Positions 34,032-41,226 of a DNA stretch of 41,226 nt are shown one piece after another. The notes below the pieces were generated by a model that was given only the letters and a program-made list of their open reading frames with translations, did not search any database and was not told the origin of the DNA. Position 1 is the stretch's first letter, and every line of letters begins with the position of its first letter. The translations under genes and the position numbers were made by a program. The DNA comes from Proteromonas lacertae (lineage: Eukaryota), in assembly GCA_002245135.1 (NCBI GenBank), contig NGBS01000943.1, positions 1-41,226 on the forward strand, written 5' to 3'.

Positions 34032-35182
34032 CAAGAAAATACAAAATGAAAAAGTGTTTATTATTTTTATTATGACGCACATCTTCAAGCAATAAACACA
34101 ACATATGCGACCAATATGCAACCTCTTTAAGAACATGCATATGTGCATTTAAGTATATTTACTAATCACCAGAGTCGTTTACTAAAAGAAAAATAGAAGA
34201 TTTCATTAATTTCAAATTATTACCTCTATTAGCCATAATTTTTCTTAATTGCATTTTCAACAACATAAATGTCATATTTATACATCAATATATAAAGAAG
34301 AATAATTTCAACATTTTGAAACTCACATCTATTAACTATATGTTCATTAACATTCATAAAGATGGAATTACATAAACAGAATTAATATCAACCATAACTA
34401 TATAGCTTTTATTGAAATTTCTATTTAATCATCACATATCATCGCAAATGCAAAATATAATGTTAATATCACATAGTTATATATAAGATAATATACTGCT
34501 TTTCACTTATAGACAATACTGCTTATTTCCACTAATTAATATTTCTGTGATATAAAAATATATCCAACTATCTAATATTAGTTTCTTACATAATATCATA
34601 TAATGCTACAGCTAAACAAAATTAAAAAAAGCATTATTATCAAAATAAATTAACCATCTGATTTTATATTATAAATATCTTTTTTCTATCAGAATATTAA
34701 TAATATATGGATTGACCACTTTTTCAAACAGAAGAATGTAAGATGATTATAATATTTACTTTGAAATAGTTCCTATTGTTACGATGTTCTGTGTTATATC
34801 ATATATATATATATATTCCACAATTGACACTTGGTTTGAAAGAAATTAAAGAAATGATAAAATTGAGACTAGATCAGATCGTGATTATCAAGCTTCAATT
34901 TGAACTTTCTTTTTCTAAAATCTCATGAAATAACCACTTTTTATTTATGAAAATACTTTTTTCATCAATAATTCTAGTTATTATTGTAATTCACATGAAA
35001 TGGATATGAAATATTGAAAATGTAATACAGTCTTGGGTTTATAACATTATCGGCTTTTATTATATGATAAATTTAATATGTGGGTTTGGAGATTTGTAAT
35101 TGGAAATAGAAAATGAAGAAATAATGATATAACATCCATCAAGCCCAAAATATCTCTCAAGCCTAATCAAATATTCATCTCA

Positions 35183-35934
35183 ATGAATAAGATAAAACAG
35201 ATTAGGACATATATAGAGTATGGTTTTATATTATTATATGGAATAGTAAAGAATTAAAAAAAATTCAAAGAAGTTCAGAATTTGATGTTAATATAGAAAG
35301 TATTAAGGTAAAAGAAATGTGGTACATATGTGATTTTTCAAAATATCGGGTTAAATATACTGATTTAAATGATTTTAAGAATATAATAGAAAAATTGATT
35401 GAAGTATCTTTCTACTAGACTATCTGTTTATAGGAATATGAAGATTGCATCAAAAAAATGTACTTAGGTAAATACTTAAAAAAGCATGATATTATATTTT
35501 GGAACAATCTTCTTCATTTAGTATAATATTTTGATGTTTTATTATAGATTAACGAAAAAGGAAAGATTAATGATGAAGATGCTACAAATCTAATCAAGAA
35601 AATCAGCAAGATGTGTGTTTTAGAATCTGATGAAAGTGTAAAAGAAGTAATTCAAAGATTAATATATGCTTTAATTCAATCAAGCATGCAACAACCATCT
35701 AAAAGAAGAAGAAGAAGTATTGTTAATGAAAATAATTATGAGTTTAAAAACATGAAAAGAAAAATAAATGAAATTAAGAAGAAAGATATATGGAATGATA
35801 AATGCGATATTTGTAAGAGGAAAGGTAATTTATTATGTTGTGAAGCATGTCATCGTGTTTATCATAAACAATGTGCTGGATTAAAATCAATTCCTAAAGG
35901 AAATTGGTTTTGTCCATTATGCAGTAAAAAATAA
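35183..35934 (+). CDS. PHD-finger protein (four exons; start uncertain)
   Basis: CDICKRKGNLLCCEACHRVYHKQCAGLKSIPKGNWFCPLC (C4HC3); three short introns keep the frame. Confidence 0.85.
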
Positions 35935-36234
35935 ATGTTCTATTATGCTATTTATGATGTAAGAATAAATAATAATGTTTTCATATCATTAATTTTATAT
36001 TCTATAGAATTTTTTATAATATTCCTTTCATAAAAACAGAAAAAGTTCTTAACACCTACTTATAAAATTATCTTGTATAAGATGTTGTTATTGTATAAGT
36101 TCTGAAAAGCAGAGCAGAGAAATGAGAGAAGTGATGTTGAAATTAAAAAACTAAAAAGAGTATATTCTCCTACTTTTACTGGTAAATTTCTTTTATTAAT
36201 ATGAAAAACATCTATACTATTAAAAAGAATAATA

Positions 36235-39200
36235 TTAATTATTATGCTTAAACTCTTCTAGCAATATATGGAATAAACTCTCAGGGTTTTCCCTTAAAAC
36301 ATTAGGATCATCATATTCTACCAATTTACCACTATCCATTGTCATTACTTTATCACTATTAATAATGGTATTGATTCTATGAGCAACTGTAATGACAGTA
36401 CAATTCTTAAACTCTCTCTCAATTGTATCTTGAATTAAACTGTCTGTCTTAATATCAATTGAAGAAGTTGCTTCATCCATTACTATTATCTTACATTTTC
36501 TTATCATTGCTCTTGCTATACATAACAGTTGTTGTTGGCCTTGACTTAAATTACTTCCTTTTTCTAACACTGTTGCATCTAAACCACCTTCATTTTCTAC
36601 ATACTCTTTAACATTACAACTTTCTAACACTTTCCATATAACATCATCACTATATTCATTAAAAGGATCAATATTAGCTCTTATTGTTCCGCTGAATATA
36701 ATTGGTTCTTGAGGAATAACAGCAACTCTTCTCCTTAAATCTCTTAAACCAATCGATTTAATATTAACATTATCAATAATAATCTCTCCTTCACTCTCTA
36801 CAATTCTTAATAACGCTAATAACAATGAACTTTTACCACTTCCTGTTCTTCCTACTATACCTATCTTTTTCAATGCAGGAATTTGAAATGTAATATTTCT
36901 TAAAACAGGTTCTAATCCTTCTCTATATCTCATTACTACATCTTTCATATCAATTGTTCCATTTTCAGGCCAAGCATCTGGTGGTCTATTCAATGGATTT
37001 ATTGGACTAGCTTCTCTTTCATTATGTATATATTCATCAATTCTTTCTACAGATACAATATTTGTTTCTCTATCACTTGTCATTCTCACAACCCAATTTA
37101 ATGATTGAGTTACACTCAAAGCATATGATAATGATAATGCAGCATATTTAGTAAAATCTACATCTCCATGTTTTATTACTGATAATATTGATGCTGCTAA
37201 TACAATTATTGAACCAGTAAATTCTAATCGAATACCTAACCAACTGTTACAAGAGAATGTCATATAATAAGCACTTTGATTATCATTTACTTTATCTTCA
37301 TTCTGTTTGATAAATCTAGTTTGATCTTTATATGCTCTGATTGTTGAAACTCCTGTTAAAGTCTCAGAAAAATGAGCATAAATTGGTGAACTACTGATTG
37401 ATTCTAATCTTTTGATTTCTCTTGAACTCATTAAATAATAATTCTGAAATGCTCTATATATGAAATAGATTGGAATTATTGCAACTAAAAACCACGGAGT
37501 AGCATATACAATAACCACAATGGTAGAAAGAACTCTAAAAATTTGTTGGAAATATGAATTTAATGTATCAGGTAATGTTCCATCAATAACATCACTATTA
37601 AATATAATATAAATAAATAAAATTATATACACTTCTTTACTAAATCTATTCAATATTCTACCAATTGGAGTAGTATCAAAGAATGACATTGGTAAATATA
37701 AAACAGTGTCTAACAAATTATCATGTAATATTTGACTTGCACTTAATCCTTTTATCTTTAAATAGAACGTTCTTAAACCCATGACAATCACACTTCCAAA
37801 ACCTAATCCTAAATAAACACCTAAAAATGTCCAGGTGGAATAGAGTGGTGAAGGTTTTTCCATTTCAGAAGACCATAAAGATAACCACAAATTATTACCA
37901 ACAGTTACACCTTCACCTATTGTAAATGCTACTAAAATCAGTATTACAACAATCCAACCACCAACTGACATTATATACGTCTGATAAACTTTCCAAGCTA
38001 CTTGGCCTGTTGCTCTTTCTTCAATTGTTATAAGATCATTTTTATTTTCATTTCCTATTTTTATCTATTTGACAATATAATTATTAAATATAATATTATA
38101 TACATCTTCAACTTTGGATATTGCATCTAGACTTACAGCCGATCTTCTTTCATCTTCATCTTCGGTCTTATTAACATTATTTCTATTAACTTTTAAAGCA
38201 TTCAAGAATGAAGTAAATATTCCATTATCCTTCATTAATGTATCAAAATTTCCTCTTTCTGCTATTTCATTTTTACTTAGCACAATAATATCATCAACTT
38301 CATTCAAATATTCAACAGCATTTGTTACTAATAATACTAATTTATTACTTAGACCTTTCTTTATCGCATTTTTGAATATGTGTTTACCAACATGAACATC
38401 TACAGCACTTAATATATCATCTAATAAATAAATATCACTATCACTGTATAAAGCTCTGGCTAAACTGATTCTTGCTCTTTGACCTCCACTTAGATTAATA
38501 CCTTTTTCACCTATTTCAGTTAAATCTCGATTTGGTAAGATTTCTAAATCTGGAACTAAAGCACAGTTATATAACACTTTTTTATATTTTGCTTCATCAA
38601 ATTCTTTGCCAAATAATATATTATCTCTTAATGATGCATTTTGAATAAATGGTACTTGTGATGAATAAGCAACTTTTCCATTCATATTCACTTTACCTTC
38701 AACTAATTCAATATCTCCTAACAAACTACATAAAAATGAAGTTTTACCACTTCCTACATCACCAACTATGGCTATTAATCCTTTATCATGTGCTTCAAAG
38801 TTAATATGTTGTAATGTATTACCTTCATGTGGTGATCGAGGAGATTTAACACAACCAGCTGGTGATTCTGTTACAGGCCAATTAAATGTAGCATTTTCAA
38901 TTTTAATATTAACATCACTTCCTTCATCTTTACCTATTTCTGTTATTTCTTCACCTTCCAAGAATTGTTCTATTCTTTGAAGTGATATTCTTGCTTCAGC
39001 AACGTTACTAATAACCTTAGGTAACATAGAAATAGGAAATCTCAGTATATCAAACAAAGATAAACTAGTAAAAGCTGTTGCTACAGTTAATTTATAACCA
39101 ACTGCTGTATAAAGTGTAAAAGTAGCAGCTCCGACTAATGCTGGTGTTGCTCCCCATAATCCAGATGATATACAGTCATAAAATGTCTTTTTATAATAAT

Positions 39201-40250
39201 CTTTTAATTCTACTTTTCTGAAATTATGAATCTTTTCTTTAAAACTTTCTTCCCATGTTTGTAATTTCACTATTTTAATTCCATTCAGCATTTCACCTGT
39301 TGACTTGACTCTCTCATCTTTTGTGCCCATAATTAATTTCTGATAATGTTTTATTTTGTTTGCAAACCATGCAGATAAAGGAACCATAATAATAATAACA
39401 GCTAAACCACCTAAACAACTATAACCTAACTGCATCCATAACATTACTATTGAAACAATGATTTGAAATGGACCACTCCATAATGTCTGTAAATAACCTG
39501 TTAAACCTTGTAACTTCATACCATCCACTGCCATCATATTGTTAATTTGACCTGTAGTATATTTATCTCTCGATTTTGTACTTAACTTTAATGATTTATC
39601 ATACACAGCTAAATAATATATAATATGAAATATATACTAGCTATAACAGCTGATCTAATTAACATTCCTACTTCATAACAATAATAAAAATAATGTCTCA
39701 AACATAAACTTTGTATTATTGAACATACAAAAACAACACATGCGATTATAATTCCTTCATACTATTCATAAATAAATAATATCATTAAAATATACTAATG
39801 GCTTGGATGTATCGTCCATAAACTTAATAAGCAAATTTAATGCTATTGGACTAACAAATTGAAGAATATCATGAATCAGCTTGAGAAATCCTGCAAATAT
39901 GTAATGAGTCTTGTAAGCATTCCATAAAGCCCATGATAATGAAGGTCTAATAAATGAAATACACAATATACTTCTTTTTCTTCTTTTCTACTTCCCAAGC
40001 TTTGTAGAATGATTGTTTAACCCCTTGAGCTGAATCAGCTTTTCTATTTATATAAAATAACGCTAGTATACGGTAAAGGAGGTAGATCTTCAAAATTGAG
40101 AGGACGCTTTTTTCCTAATCTTAAAGTCGGTTGGCACCAGTTAAATAACAAACTGGAAAAGCAGTTGGCATTTTCTGCTGTTTGTATCTTCTTCTTTTTG
40201 TTTTCTTTTGACTCTTGACTTATATCATTTGAATTTTGTGCTTCTGACAT
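36235..40250 (-). CDS. ABCC/MRP-family full ABC transporter, multi-exon
   Basis: TMD-NBD-TMD-NBD; GDVGSGKTS/LSGGQ/YLLDD and GRTGSGKSS/LSQGQ/IVMDE; FFDTTPIGRILNRFS; N-terminal lasso-like ENANCFSSLLFNWCQP. Confidence 0.95.
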
Positions 40251-40441
40251 GAATTGTTGATATTTTAATTATGTAATTCAATGATAAAAGCACAATAGAT
40301 ATTGAATTACGAAATGACTATTCAAAATGTAATGTAAACAAAATTACTTCGTAAATTACCATTTGTGTTTAAAAACTTACTTCACAATAAAACAACAAAA
40401 ACAACTAATTAACAAATATAAATTTGCTTATTTAAAGTTCC

Positions 40442-41226
40442 TTATGATTTGTATCTACTTTATTACATACATGATATGGAATTCCAAACAATTTAAACGC
40501 AGTGTAATGTAGATTTGGAATAAAATCGATATGATACAACCTTTCAATAACATCCATCACTGCAACAAACATAAAATAATAGTCTTTGCTGTATTCTTAG
40601 TAAATGACAAGAAGGAAGACTTAAACAAATACACCATACAATAATACATTATAGTTCCTATTAAATTAGTTTGAACTCTCAAACTTGGAGTTTTTAAATC
40701 AGGAGGAAGACCATTTATTGATTTCATGTTTCCGTCATGTAGTCTTAACCATTTTGTTAATACACCCCCACCACTAGATGCTACTACTCCTGCAAATATA
40801 ATTAATACTAAACTATTAGAGAAAGGAACACCAAAATTCATAATTTTATCAATTCCATTGGAACTAATCCCATGGGTCCAATTTAAATACACTCCAATAG
40901 AACATAACGGAGATATATAAACAGAATTTGCTAATTTATAACCTATTTCATAAGGAGTGGCAAAAACCAATAGCCATGCTAATAATCCAGATATAAATGG
41001 TTCATTCTTTAGAAAAAAACTGACATTCTTCCTAATACAAATGAAAGTGACATACCACCTCCTATTTACATATAGAACATTGTCATACCATATTGTCCTA
41101 ACAAGCAAGCAACCAATGAATAAAATGATGTAGTCTGTTGTGCAATACTTCTATACTCCAAACAAACACTAAGAGTACTGAAGAAATTGATAAACCAACA
41201 AGATCTCCCAAATCCCAATATCGAGT
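40442..41226 (-). CDS. TRIC/TMEM38-like membrane protein, 5' end outside the window, possibly disabled
   Basis: LLAWLLVFATPYEIGYKL...IIFAGVVASSGGGVL; frame break near 40570 and an apparently shortened TM region. Confidence 0.55.

Noticed and set aside
35078..35217. Further example of recoded stops upstream of the PHD gene
   Set aside because: The splice phase selects a different frame, which is clean from the ATG at 35183.

Overview
AT-rich eukaryotic nuclear DNA with very short (about 25-37 nt) GT-AG introns. A Blastocystis-like gut stramenopile is a plausible host, but that is inference. About 1-7500 is the right part of a Polinton/Maverick-type element: a frameshifted rve integrase, an orphan ORF, an intact protein-primed PolB and a repeat-rich terminal region. 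About 7500-28300 is a transposon and pseudogene-rich tract. It holds a 5'-truncated Ginger-type integrase transposon with a Ulp1-like protease, a Tc1/mariner-type MITE, a Ginger-ended foldback MITE, an intact hAT transposon with a perfect 8-bp TSD, a degenerate hAT derivative, and many gene fragments (coiled-coil, RING, Cys-rich repeats, ECM29, BTB, TPR, P/Q-rich, SYCP2-like). The two MITEs interrupt one hidden ORF that begins with a histone-H3-tail-like MARTK and ends in a SIM-like motif. Many fragments carry in-frame stops at Gln/Arg-like positions, a C-to-T signature. About 28300-41226 contains a large disabled PA14/Ig-repeat surface-protein gene, a PHD-finger gene, an intact ABCC transporter and a TRIC/TMEM38-like gene. 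All family calls come from motif recognition by eye; no searches were run.
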